DNA from: a virus
Lineage: Duplodnaviria > Caudoviricetes
Reading direction: 5' to 3' (one strand)
DNA length: 52,672 nt
IMG/VR virus record: IMGVR_UViG_3300021356_000024
Coordinates: 1 to 52,672 of that record
A program made the translations under genes and the position numbers. Positions 35,152 through 44,583 of this stretch are shown piece after piece (position 1 is the stretch's first letter; each line of letters opens with the position of its first letter). A model generated the notes under the pieces. That model did not search any database, was not told where the DNA came from, and saw nothing but the letters and a program-made list of their open reading frames with translations.

Positions 35152-36699
35152 ATGTTACGACATCTGACCTTATTATCGATTTTATTTTTGGCAGCCTGCG
35201 GTAGTGATGACGCCAGTGAAGAAACAACACCAAACTACCCAATATCAGGTACCGTTATTTCAGAGAGTTGCGATGGCACTACTCTCATCCAAGAAATCGC
35301 CGATGGTGTCGGCGGTTCCTCACAACAAGAAACGCCAGAGTCCGAACAATGCGGTTACGTAGCACCGCCGGCCGAAGGCACAATTTTAGATGAGTACTGT
35401 GAAGAATATACACTTGTAACTGTAAAAGCTGATGGAAACGGCGGTGAGACATATTCATACGATGAAGAAAATGAAGAAATATGTGGTTATGAACCTCCAC
35501 AATTCGCTCCAGCAGGTACACCAGAAGGTGAACCATACTGTGCGAATTCTCTAGCACAGGACAGATTTCTTGAACTCTTAAACACCGTGAATCACTTTTT
35601 AGATAATGATCTTTTACAAGACTATGCTGATGGTGAAGGCGGCACTTATACTGAGCGAGTCGAACATATATCGCAACAGTGTTTGGTTCAAATGGAACCA
35701 CCGCCTGAATGTCCAACAGACGCAACAGATACAGGTGATTCAAGATACGACTACATGACTTGTGATGGTATCAAACAGAGAACGAGTACAGACTTTGCCT
35801 ATGCAGATCAACACGAAGGCACGGCTGTTGTTGACATACTGATTGTTTATGATACTAAGTTAACGCATCAAGACCGCGGTGAAAGAACACGTGATGAGTT
35901 TATACTTGATCAGATTTTTCACGCCAACCATATGTTCGAAGAGTCAGGTGCTGATATTGCACTGAGACTGGCCGGCATCATTGATGTTAACGTAGAACCT
36001 GGAGACCTTTATAGGCAGTATCGATCATTCTTCAACGCACGTGATGAGTTTGCCGATATAGACAAGTGGCAGTTAGACGCAAACGCTGACATTGCATTTT
36101 TGTTTAAAAAGAAAGAGGAAGATCCTATTGCGTGTGGTGTTGCACAGCTTGACGGCACACGTGGTTTACAGTATACTAGGGGCATTACACAGTGTTACGA
36201 TAACAGTACCTTTCAAGAGGCCGAAAACACACGATACTATGAAAGGGCAAACGAAACATTTGTACATGAAGTCGGACACATATTTGGCCTAGAACACGAA
36301 AAGGAAGATGCTAGTCTCGGATTGTTTGAATACAGTTATGGATATAATCTACCCGGTTACAATCCTCAGAAAGCGAATCCAGAATACGAAGGCATATATG
36401 GTGGTTACGGTACGATTATGTCATACGCTGATCTTGCGACTGGCAGATTCTCCGATCCAACTGTGTCTTGCACCTTTCCTGAAGAGGCAGGTGAATACGC
36501 TGGGAAATCAGTGCAATTAGGAACCAATGGTGGTTGTTTCTGTTTAGATCCAATTGAAGAACAACCGCCTGAAACAAACGCCGTCGAACATTTACGTAGA
36601 GTGAGATGGGTAATGAGTCAGCTGGCAGAGAATGATCATGAACTACGATTTAACATGCCAGCAATTTTTGATCAAGGAATAAAACCATGTCTGTTTTAG
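35152..36699 (+). CDS. lipoprotein with reprolysin-like (metzincin) protease domain
   Basis: lipobox FLAA-C; three Cys-containing ADGxGG repeats; HEVGHIFGLEH plus Met-turn TIMSY. Confidence 0.85.
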   Translation: MLRHLTLLSILFLAACGSDDASEETTPNYPISGTVISESCDGTTLIQEIADGVGGSSQQETPESEQCGYVAPPAEGTILDEYCEEYTLVTVKADGNGGETYSYDEENEEICGYEPPQFAPAGTPEGEPYCANSLAQDRFLELLNTVNHFLDNDLLQDYADGEGGTYTERVEHISQQCLVQMEPPPECPTDATDTGDSRYDYMTCDGIKQRTSTDFAYADQHEGTAVVDILIVYDTKLTHQDRGERTRDEFILDQIFHANHMFEESGADIALRLAGIIDVNVEPGDLYRQYRSFFNARDEFADIDKWQLDANADIAFLFKKKEEDPIACGVAQLDGTRGLQYTRGITQCYDNSTFQEAENTRYYERANETFVHEVGHIFGLEHEKEDASLGLFEYSYGYNLPGYNPQKANPEYEGIYGGYGTIMSYADLATGRFSDPTVSCTFPEEAGEYAGKSVQLGTNGGCFCLDPIEEQPPETNAVEHLRRVRWVMSQLAENDHELRFNMPAIFDQGIKPCLF

Positions 36700-36959
36700 A
36701 TCCTTTTGAAAATCTGGAGGTGCTTGCAGTGGCAAAATACCAAGTTTTAAGAAACGACCTAACCGATGATGACTATCGATCAAGTGCCTGTACAGCTTTG
36801 TTCGAAGAAAAGAGTGAAGCAGTCGAGTGGGTACAGAAGGCGCTGGCCAATTGGCCGCGTCATGAATGGGATGGTGAACAGTGGATGGCTGCATGTTTTG
36901 ATGAGAAAAATACTTGCACCACGCAATTTGTCATCCAAGCTGTTGTTCGGTATACATAA
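36687..36959 (+). CDS. hypothetical protein
   Basis: AAGGA RBS. Confidence 0.6.
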   Translation: MSVLDPFENLEVLAVAKYQVLRNDLTDDDYRSSACTALFEEKSEAVEWVQKALANWPRHEWDGEQWMAACFDEKNTCTTQFVIQAVVRYT

Positions 36960-36988
36960 ATTTTTTTCATTTATTTTGAAGAAAACGC

Positions 36989-37017
36989 TTGACAATTGAT
37001 TATTTTTTTGAGATAAT
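36989..37017 (+). promoter_or_regulatory. sigma70-type early promoter
   Basis: T/A tracts, TTGACA, 17 bp spacer, GATAAT. Confidence 0.8.
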
Positions 37018-37072
37018 TATTCCATAGAGTGAAAAAACACTCTCTGATCTCAACTTGATAGGAAACTATATT

Positions 37073-38077
37073 ATGTCGCATGAAATTGAAATCGTTAACG
37101 GTCAGGCGCAGATGGCATACGCTGGCGAAGTACCTTGGCATGGCCTTGGTGTGAAAGTCGGTGATAACCTGTCTGCAAATGAAATGATGAAGGCCGCGGG
37201 TCTTGACTGGAATGTAGAACGCCATGATCTCTTCACCGAGATTGGCGGCGAACAAGTCAACATTCCTGCCAAAAAGGCACTGGTTCGTTCCTCTGATGAC
37301 AAGGTTCTTGATGTCGTTGGTAAGGACTGGATTCCTGTACAGAACGAAGAGGCGTTTGAGTTTTTTGAGTCTTATGTGAAAGCAGGCGGCATGACAATGC
37401 ACACCGCTGGTTCACTCAAAGATGGTCAACAAATCTGGGGTCTCGCTAAAGTGAACGAGTCTTTCAGTCTGTTTGGCGGAAAAGACGAAGTAGAATCTTA
37501 CTTGCTTCTGTCTAATCCTCACAACTACGGCAAAGGTGTTGATATTCGTTTCACACCGATCCGTGTAGTGTGTAACAACACACTTTCAATGGCACTTGGA
37601 GGAAAAGCAACTCTGGGTATTTCTTTGAATCACCGCGCTGAGTTTAATCCTGAGAAGGTACGTGATGCGTTGGCTGAGGCGTCTAAGAAACTGGACACCT
37701 ACAAAGACATGGCCGATTTCTTGTCACGTAAAAAGTTTAACGAAGAGCGTTTGTTCGAATACTTCACACGTGTTTTCCCCAAAACAACCAACAAAGCAGG
37801 TTCTGTCAGCTTTGATGAACTCATGAAGTCCTTCAAAGCAGGCGAGAAAGTTGCGTCACGCAATGCTCTACGAGCGATGGAAGTTGTCGATACACAACCT
37901 GGTGCAAACCTTGGACGTGGTACTTGGTGGTCTGCCTACAACGCAGTTACCTTTATGACCAACCACGAATTGGGACACAATCCCGATACCAGAATGCAGT
38001 CAGTGTGGTACGGTAGCAACAAAGATCGTAACATTGAAGCGCTTGGGCTGGCAGTCGAATACGCTGAGGCTGCCTAA
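37073..38077 (+). CDS. DUF932 family phage/plasmid protein
   Basis: MAYAGEVPWHGLG, AGLDW, PVQNEEAFEFF, TPIRVVCNNTL, GTWWSAYNAVT. Confidence 0.9.
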   Translation: MSHEIEIVNGQAQMAYAGEVPWHGLGVKVGDNLSANEMMKAAGLDWNVERHDLFTEIGGEQVNIPAKKALVRSSDDKVLDVVGKDWIPVQNEEAFEFFESYVKAGGMTMHTAGSLKDGQQIWGLAKVNESFSLFGGKDEVESYLLLSNPHNYGKGVDIRFTPIRVVCNNTLSMALGGKATLGISLNHRAEFNPEKVRDALAEASKKLDTYKDMADFLSRKKFNEERLFEYFTRVFPKTTNKAGSVSFDELMKSFKAGEKVASRNALRAMEVVDTQPGANLGRGTWWSAYNAVTFMTNHELGHNPDTRMQSVWYGSNKDRNIEALGLAVEYAEAA

Positions 38078-38082
38078 CGTTT

Positions 38083-38126
38083 GGCGGCACGGGGCCATGG
38101 CAAGACATGGCCCGCCGCCTTTTTTT
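38083..38126 (+). terminator. rho-independent terminator
   Basis: GGCGG..GGGCCATG/CATGGCCC.GCCGCC followed by T7. Confidence 0.75.
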
Positions 38127-38145
38127 AATCAAAAGGAGAAACAAG

Positions 38146-38364
38146 ATGTTGGACTATGTTATCAATCTTTTGCAAAAACTGTTTGGTAGCGTTGAAAATG
38201 TTGTGGTCGAGGTCGAAGAGAATGTAGTGCCTGATTTTGAGGCAATGCCTAAGATGACCAAGGCACAGATCGAAGAGGATGCTCGTCAGTACGGTATCGA
38301 ACTTGATCGTCGTCAGACCAAGGCAAACATGATTCAACAATACAAAGACATGGTAGGTGCTTAA
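38146..38364 (+). CDS. hypothetical protein with HeH/Rho-N-like tail
   Basis: AAGGAG RBS; MTKAQIEEDARQYGIELDRRQTKANMI. Confidence 0.65.
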   Translation: MLDYVINLLQKLFGSVENVVVEVEENVVPDFEAMPKMTKAQIEEDARQYGIELDRRQTKANMIQQYKDMVGA

Positions 38365-38620
38365 TATGGTATCTAGCAGTGATGATGCTTCACGATCAAA
38401 GGCGGTGAATGATTTCATTGTTGAGATTGAGTCTATGCAATCCTCGGATCACGTAGACTACATGGACGCCATACTGTGTTACTGTGAAAAGCATAACCTT
38501 GAAATTGAGACCGTTGCCAAGTTTGTTCGAAACAACGCAATACTCAAGGCCAAGGTTCAGGAAGAAGCCGAGAACTTGAACATTCTAGAGAAGACTTGCA
38601 GACTGCCTTACGATGACTGA
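38357..38620 (+). CDS. gp33: late transcription coactivator (gp33-like)
   Basis: F..EIE......YMDAILCYCEKHNLEIE...LKAKVQEEA..LN.L; synteny gp33-gp59-gp32. Confidence 0.85.
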   Translation: MLNMVSSSDDASRSKAVNDFIVEIESMQSSDHVDYMDAILCYCEKHNLEIETVAKFVRNNAILKAKVQEEAENLNILEKTCRLPYDD

Positions 38621-39191
38621 TTTTGACGTTTACCAATTATACCGTTCGATATCATTACACTTCAGTACGAGTTATGATTTCTTTCGGTACAACGGTAAGA
38701 GCAACGTATCAAAATCAAAGTACGACCTAAGGAATGACAGGTACTATTATCAGAAGTTGGCGAAAGCACAATTTCATAGTGGCGACCTGAAACAGTTTCT
38801 TGCTTGTAATTTTTTTCGTGAAGATAACATTTGGGTTGGAAATATATTTGATGAAAAATATAAAGACAACCACAATGCGACACAGAAAAGATTGCAGTCT
38901 CTAGAATACATTTTTAAAACCGAGATGTCTCAGTTTGATAGTCTGGACGAAGCATTTGTTGTGAACAACGGCCAATGGCCGAAGATTCTTGAAGCATACA
39001 AATGGGATGATGTGAGTCCAGAAACCATGTTAATTGTAATGCAAACCGCTAGGTGTTTTGATTACTGGTCACAGAAAATATCAGAACACATTTTATGGCC
39101 TAGATTGCGTAACAGATTGGAAAAGTATAGTCCGTTTGTTTCGATTGATGTACCTAGGTTCTCTGTAGTCCTACATGAGCTTGACAAATAA
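38613..39191 (+). CDS. gp59: helicase loader (gp59-like)
   Basis: FDVYQLY.SISLHF..YDFFRYNGK...RNDRYYYQKL; SPET. Confidence 0.88.
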   Translation: MTDFDVYQLYRSISLHFSTSYDFFRYNGKSNVSKSKYDLRNDRYYYQKLAKAQFHSGDLKQFLACNFFREDNIWVGNIFDEKYKDNHNATQKRLQSLEYIFKTEMSQFDSLDEAFVVNNGQWPKILEAYKWDDVSPETMLIVMQTARCFDYWSQKISEHILWPRLRNRLEKYSPFVSIDVPRFSVVLHELDK

Positions 39192-39214
39192 CGTCTGGTG
39201 GAGTAGGATAAATA
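39181..39214 (+). promoter_or_regulatory. overlapping sigma70 and late promoters for gp32
   Basis: TTGACA, 17 bp spacer, TAGGAT; ATAAATA at 39208-39214. Confidence 0.65.
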
Positions 39215-39283
39215 GAACATATTATGAAATATGTGGATAAGCTGAACAATACACTGTCATACATTGAATACGAGGAAATACTC

Positions 39284-40204
39284 ATGACAAATTCTTTTGC
39301 ACAACTGAAGAAGAGCCGCTCTTCTCAATTCGAAAAACTCGCCAACGCTGTAGAAAAGGCGTCTTCAAACACACAACAAAAATCCTCTGGCGATGACCGG
39401 TTCTGGAAACCCACAATCGATAAAGCAGGCAACGGTTCTGCAATCATTCGATTCCTTCCCGCACCTCCAGGTGAAGATGTACCATTCGCTCGATACTGGG
39501 ATCACGGCTTTCAAGGTCCCGGTGGTTGGTATATCGAAAAGTCTTTGACCACCCTCGGTCAAGACGATCCGGTATCAGAGTACAACTCTAAGTTGTGGAA
39601 CTCTGGCATTGAAGCGAACAAAGAAATTGCACGTAAGCAAAAACGCCGACTGCACCACGTTTCAAACATTATGGTCGTAAGCGACCCGGGTAATCCCGAC
39701 AACGAAGGTAAAGTCTTTCTGTACGAGTACGGTAAGAAAATCTTTGATAAGCTGAACGACATGATGCATCCTCAGTTTGATGATGAGGATCCCATCAACC
39801 CGTTTGATATGTGGGAAGGTGCAAACTTCCGTCTACGTATTCGCAACGTAGAAGGTTATCGTAACTACGATAAGTCCGCATTCGATTCTCCGTCAGCAAT
39901 CAGCAATGACGATGAAGAACTTGAAAGTATCTGGAACACTCAGCACTCTCTCACTGAGTTTACCGATCCTTCCAACTTCAAGTCTTACGCTGATCTGCAA
40001 CAGCGTCTTGCGAAAGTATTAGGTGAAACCGCACCTACTACGACTGCCGAGACCGAGACGGCGGATGATGTCCAACCTGCTTGGACCCCACCCGCTGAGA
40101 CTGCACCCGAACCTGCGGTTGCAGAATCACCAAGCGATAACGTAGTCAACTTTGAAGATGAAGATGAGTCGCTCGACTTTTTCAAAAAGTTAGCGAACGA
40201 GTGA
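39284..40204 (+). CDS. gp32: single-stranded DNA-binding protein (gp32)
   Basis: DDRFWKP..DKAGNG.AIIRFLP, HGFQGPGGWYIE, GYRNYDKS, acidic tail FFKKLA; GAGG RBS before ATG 39284. Confidence 0.97.
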   Translation: MTNSFAQLKKSRSSQFEKLANAVEKASSNTQQKSSGDDRFWKPTIDKAGNGSAIIRFLPAPPGEDVPFARYWDHGFQGPGGWYIEKSLTTLGQDDPVSEYNSKLWNSGIEANKEIARKQKRRLHHVSNIMVVSDPGNPDNEGKVFLYEYGKKIFDKLNDMMHPQFDDEDPINPFDMWEGANFRLRIRNVEGYRNYDKSAFDSPSAISNDDEELESIWNTQHSLTEFTDPSNFKSYADLQQRLAKVLGETAPTTTAETETADDVQPAWTPPAETAPEPAVAESPSDNVVNFEDEDESLDFFKKLANE

Positions 40205-40223
40205 TAACAGCTTGGGAAGCGAC

Positions 40224-40249
40224 AGGGGGCCGCAATGGCCCCCTTTTTT
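40224..40249 (+). terminator. rho-independent terminator at the convergence point
   Basis: AGGGGGCC-GCAAT-GGCCCCCT followed by TTTTT. Confidence 0.85.
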
Positions 40250-40505
40250 ATACTTCAAATCTACCGCCGATAGTCAATTCAACCTTGTCAACACCCGTCA
40301 TTTGATAGTATAGAAATTCTGTGTCACAGGAATATAACCATTCACTTTTTACTGGACTATCTACGACTACTTTTCTTTCTTTTGCCCAACATGTAACAAT
40401 TGGATGAGGAGACAATATCGTTTCTTCTCTAGGCACCACACTAATTATTTTCTTTTCAAAATCCACAGCAAGCATCACATATACTAATACTGTGTAAACT
40501 CCCAT
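40248..40505 (-). CDS. hypothetical protein
   Basis: TAATG-coupled to the long upstream ORF. Confidence 0.55.
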   Translation of the reverse strand: MGVYTVLVYVMLAVDFEKKIISVVPREETILSPHPIVTCWAKERKVVVDSPVKSEWLYSCDTEFLYYQMTGVDKVELTIGGRFEV

Positions 40506-43500
40506 TAGGTTGATCCTGTACTGAAGAATTTATCTTTTGCTTTGTAACTTGGTCTTGCTGATCCAGCAAATCCTCTTTCATTTTGGCCTGTACTTCCTGG
40601 AGTTTCACCGCCTCTGGCCGCAGGAGAACCCGTTCGTTTTGTTCTTGGGTTGAACGGCAACATCATAGGAATAATTTTTGTTGTAGCAGCCTTTATATTC
40701 GAAATCGTAGGATTCTTCACTGCTTGTTGAATTCTTCCCGCTTGAGACATTGCAGTGCGAATCTTGTTACCCGTTTCACCAGAAGGCAAATTTCTCCTGA
40801 CAGATGTTTCTATATTGCCAAGTGTTGGATTTTCAATGACACGTGCAACGTCTCGCATCTTTGAGATGTTACCCGCTTGACCAGGTCCCGCAACTTTTCT
40901 TAAAATTCTTTCTGCGGCGCCGACTGAAGGATTCTTGATTGCATTCGCAACACTCTCAGCTTCACGCATTACCTGTCTTGCGTTACCGACACCGGGAATT
41001 GCCAACTCTCGGCCTGCTTCACCGACAAGATACTTGCCTGCGTTTTTAATGAAACCACCAAACTCTCTGCGGCCGTCAAGCAACGTCTTGGTCGTATCGG
41101 CAGGTATGATCACACCGTCTTGAGCGGGAACCATCAACTCAGGTCCTTCTTCACCCACAAGATAGTCGCTGCCGTCTTCTACAGGTCCGCCTTTGGCTCT
41201 TGTCTGCATTACAGTGGTTAGACCACCACCAAACATCTTTTGACCGGTTGTTCCCTTAAATGAGTCTGCATTACCGTACTCACGTATTCTCAACCTTTGT
41301 TCGCGGTTACCGCGAATTTGCGTGGCGCTAATGTTATCAACCGCAACTCTTCCTTTCGGTGAAATTTTTTGATAATAATTACCCTCATCACCATTCAGTG
41401 ATAAGTCACCTTTTCCAGGGTATCCATTCTTGATAATCCAACCACTGGGCATTCCTGGTATTTGTTTGCCTTCTCCTATTTCTGAGAATGTTGCCCATTC
41501 ATCAGGACCACCAAACTGAATCATTTCTGGTCCGGCGCCACTGCCTGTCCAGTTGCCAGCAATAATTCTTTCGGCATCGAACTGAATTCTTCCGCGATCT
41601 TCACCCGCGGCTGCACGTGCTCTCAACGATTCTTTTCTTTGTGTTTTGATTGCATTATGATCAGCAGAGTAAGCACGTTTGATTGCAAGTATCTTATCTG
41701 CGTATCCTTCGGGCCTGAATGCTTCTACGCCTTGTTCGCCTGTCAGATACACCTGACCTTCTTCAACAGGACCACCTTCTGCTCTGGCTTCAATGCCTGA
41801 AAGATATTTTTTTATTTCCTCAGTCAGTAGATAACCGTTAACATTTCCTTCAAAATTTCTTGGAAGCAAATTTCTGTCTTGGAGAAATTCGACTTTTTCA
41901 ATTGTATCGCTGGGCAAAGCTCTAGAGAAATCAATGTTTGTGCTGGCTTTTGCGGATCGTAATTCTTTGTGTTTCGCATCTTCATCGGCATCATCATACA
42001 CTTTTTCTTCATCGAATCCCATGTCGTCCATGACCATTTTAAATGTGCCACGTTCTTCACTGTTAACCCAAGACGTATAGGCCTGTTTTGCTTCTTGCGC
42101 TTTGATCTGCAACTTTCTTAACGATTGATCGACTTGATTGATTTGTCGTCCAGGTTTTTGACCGTCAATGGCTCGCACATCTTTCGTCGGTTTAAGACCT
42201 TCTATTTCACGGCCGCGTTTCGTCGGTGTAGGACCTTCTATCTTACTGACATCTTTCGTCGGTGTAGGACCTTCTATCTTACTGACATCTTTCGTCGGTG
42301 TAAGACCTTCTATTTCACGTCCACGCTTGCCTTCTGTTTTGGGTGTTGCGCCTTCTGCCTGAGGGAAAGGATCTGGATTACCCATCGCAGCGGCTGCTGA
42401 TCTTGCTGCATTAATTTTTTGTAATTCTTTCTCTGAGAAGTCTGTGCGAGTTTCGCCATTAACTTCTACATCTACGCCACCAACTTTTTTCGTAAACGTC
42501 TGTTCTTCACGGCGTTGACGATCAGTTGGTCGACCATCGATTGCACGAACATTTTTCGTCGGTTTAAGACCTTCTATTTCACGGCCGTATTTTGTTGACT
42601 TGACTGCTTCTTTGGCTTCTTTGGCCGCTTCTCTAAACTTGTCGGCATCTTGCATGTTGTTGGTTAACAGATCCGCAAATTCTTTATATTCACCTTCACT
42701 TAATTCGCTTTTAGCCGTTGCAATCAAACCGGCGCCGGCCGTTCGAATCATTTCGTCATCTACGGACTTGTATTGTGCATACGTGGTAATATTTTCTGCG
42801 ACATAGTACAAAGCATTTTCGTCTGTACCAATACCTTGTGTTGCTTGCACTGCGATTTCCGAGAGTGTCGCATCTTCACCGTACTCTGCCTTAATCTCAG
42901 GTACAGTAGCGACTCTATCGATCAGAACATCTGGTGTGACAAGATCAATGAAGAATTGTTTTGCAGCGTCAATTGCTCTGTCTGCCAGTTTTCCGAATGC
43001 ATCACGATCACCCATGCCGAAATCATAGAATGCGTTTATAATATGTTCGATGCCTAAAAGATCATACACCGCAGGACCCAAAATGATACCAATCAGAAGA
43101 CCGGCAAGGCCGCCTGCAATGTTACCTAAAACTGGAAATACAGAACCTGCAACAGTCAAGATGAAAGTCATCAAGTAAGGAGCACCAAGTCCTCTTGCGA
43201 GTCGATTTAGTTGTGCCTTGTTACTCTCATGAAACTCTGCTACGGACATGAGACCAAGTGTGAATCGATCTAACACCTTTAACATGAAGGTGATGGCTTC
43301 TGCAATCAGATACCATTTTAGTACGCTCTTGGCACCGCTTGATATTTTTTCAACTACTGACGCGGGAAGTTTGGCAGCAAGCGCATTGATTTTTGCCGCC
43401 ATAGAATCAGATGCTTTAGCGATAGCATCAAAGATACCCTTCATTTTCATGAGGCCAGCACGCCACTTATTTGCAGTTGCAAGTGTGTTACCGGCCGCAG

Positions 43501-44404
43501 GTAAGGCCGCTTGTACTGTAGTTGCTACTTTAGTACCTGTTGAGACCGCTGATGTAAGTGCGGGTACTGCGGAAGGAGTGGCTACTTTTACGGTGCCTTG
43601 TGCAACCGCACCCATCTTATTCATAAACTGTGCTGATTGAGCAACCTTTGTTGACGCACCGGCGGCCATACCGGCGGATGCAGCAATACCTCTAGTTGCT
43701 GCTTCAAAGGTCGTGTCCATGACAGGAATTGCATATTCTACGAAGGTGGCAATTTCGTCACCAAAACCCATAACAAGCCCAGCGACACTGCCGGTAATTG
43801 CATAACCTACTGCTTTAGCAATTTTCGCAAATAAAGATTCCGCTTTGTCTTTGGTGTCATGATACGCTTGTTTCGCATCTTTCAGGTATGAGAAAGCGTT
43901 TTTATTCTCAACGTCATCCTCGTCCTCTTTTCTTTTTCGACGAAGATTTTCTTTTCTGTCGTCTTCAGTCTTTTTCTTGACTGCTTCGGTTAACTTAGCA
44001 ATTATTTTGTTTTGAGTGTCGACCGAAGATTCTAACGAAGCGACTCGCTGAATGATTAGATTGAGATGTTCTGCGTAAAGACCTTCATTAGGTCCTTCTT
44101 TTGGTATGATTTTTTCTTCATCGACACTAACTTTGCCGACAGCAGGAAGTCCTGTGACAGGAACATATCCCGGTCCTGCGGCTGCGCCGCCGCTGCCTGC
44201 GCCGCCTGATCCTGATCCGCCTGAGTTACCCGAGACATCATCACCACCCATCATAAAATCTGCAGCTGCTCCGAATATTGCGCCACTGCCGCCAGTTTTA
44301 GCTATTCTCTTTAGAAAACCGTCTTTCGCGGATTTTCCAGTAGAACCAGCAACATCTTTAGCTTTCTTTGCAGTTTTGCCTAATCTAGCAAGTATTGGTA
44401 ACAT
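40505..44404 (-). CDS. tape-measure / gp29-like tail length protein
   Basis: 1299 aa, Ala/Gly/Lys-rich and helical with TM-like segments; three RAxGGPV..G..YLVGE.G.E motifs; lies downstream of gp26/gp51. Confidence 0.75.
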   Translation of the reverse strand: MLPILARLGKTAKKAKDVAGSTGKSAKDGFLKRIAKTGGSGAIFGAAADFMMGGDDVSGNSGGSGSGGAGSGGAAAGPGYVPVTGLPAVGKVSVDEEKIIPKEGPNEGLYAEHLNLIIQRVASLESSVDTQNKIIAKLTEAVKKKTEDDRKENLRRKRKEDEDDVENKNAFSYLKDAKQAYHDTKDKAESLFAKIAKAVGYAITGSVAGLVMGFGDEIATFVEYAIPVMDTTFEAATRGIAASAGMAAGASTKVAQSAQFMNKMGAVAQGTVKVATPSAVPALTSAVSTGTKVATTVQAALPAAGNTLATANKWRAGLMKMKGIFDAIAKASDSMAAKINALAAKLPASVVEKISSGAKSVLKWYLIAEAITFMLKVLDRFTLGLMSVAEFHESNKAQLNRLARGLGAPYLMTFILTVAGSVFPVLGNIAGGLAGLLIGIILGPAVYDLLGIEHIINAFYDFGMGDRDAFGKLADRAIDAAKQFFIDLVTPDVLIDRVATVPEIKAEYGEDATLSEIAVQATQGIGTDENALYYVAENITTYAQYKSVDDEMIRTAGAGLIATAKSELSEGEYKEFADLLTNNMQDADKFREAAKEAKEAVKSTKYGREIEGLKPTKNVRAIDGRPTDRQRREEQTFTKKVGGVDVEVNGETRTDFSEKELQKINAARSAAAAMGNPDPFPQAEGATPKTEGKRGREIEGLTPTKDVSKIEGPTPTKDVSKIEGPTPTKRGREIEGLKPTKDVRAIDGQKPGRQINQVDQSLRKLQIKAQEAKQAYTSWVNSEERGTFKMVMDDMGFDEEKVYDDADEDAKHKELRSAKASTNIDFSRALPSDTIEKVEFLQDRNLLPRNFEGNVNGYLLTEEIKKYLSGIEARAEGGPVEEGQVYLTGEQGVEAFRPEGYADKILAIKRAYSADHNAIKTQRKESLRARAAAGEDRGRIQFDAERIIAGNWTGSGAGPEMIQFGGPDEWATFSEIGEGKQIPGMPSGWIIKNGYPGKGDLSLNGDEGNYYQKISPKGRVAVDNISATQIRGNREQRLRIREYGNADSFKGTTGQKMFGGGLTTVMQTRAKGGPVEDGSDYLVGEEGPELMVPAQDGVIIPADTTKTLLDGRREFGGFIKNAGKYLVGEAGRELAIPGVGNARQVMREAESVANAIKNPSVGAAERILRKVAGPGQAGNISKMRDVARVIENPTLGNIETSVRRNLPSGETGNKIRTAMSQAGRIQQAVKNPTISNIKAATTKIIPMMLPFNPRTKRTGSPAARGGETPGSTGQNERGFAGSARPSYKAKDKFFSTGST
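42177..42320. repeat. four ~36-bp tandem repeats, plus a dispersed copy at 42549-42587
   Basis: unit acatctttcgtcggtgtaggaccttctatcttactg, encoding (S)KIEGPTPTKDV / REIEGLKPTK. Confidence 0.9.
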
Positions 44405-44410
44405 ATTTTC

Positions 44411-44563
44411 CTACCAAGGTATATTGTCTTGTGGTGTTGATGCCTCTTTCGCTTTTTCATTCATCATGTTTATGTAAACGTCTCTTTCAAACGGTATCAT
44501 GTTTTCAATCTCCGTCAGCGAGAAGTCTGCACTTTGTGACATATCGAACATTGTCTGATACAT
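44411..44563 (-). CDS. gp51: gp51-like hub assembly module, probably expressed by -1 frameshift from the gp26-like gene (not in ORF track)
   Basis: FSLTEIENMIPFERDVY; no SD before the ATG; frame open back to the slippery site at 44602. Confidence 0.8.
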   Translation of the reverse strand: MYQTMFDMSQSADFSLTEIENMIPFERDVYINMMNEKAKEASTPQDNIPW

Positions 44564-44583
44564 CGTAATCAAATTTGTGTAAC

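Noticed and set aside
39254-39271. Pho box (CTGTCAT) upstream of gp32
   Set aside because: Only one half-site; none seen upstream of phoH or psiE
328-40185. Many 60-150 aa minus-strand and nested ORFs in the ORF track
   Set aside because: They are shadows of well-supported plus-strand genes, with no RBS or recognisable motifs
42177-42320. 36-bp repeats as a CRISPR array
   Set aside because: The units are contiguous with no unique spacers, are in frame within a CDS, and no cas genes are present
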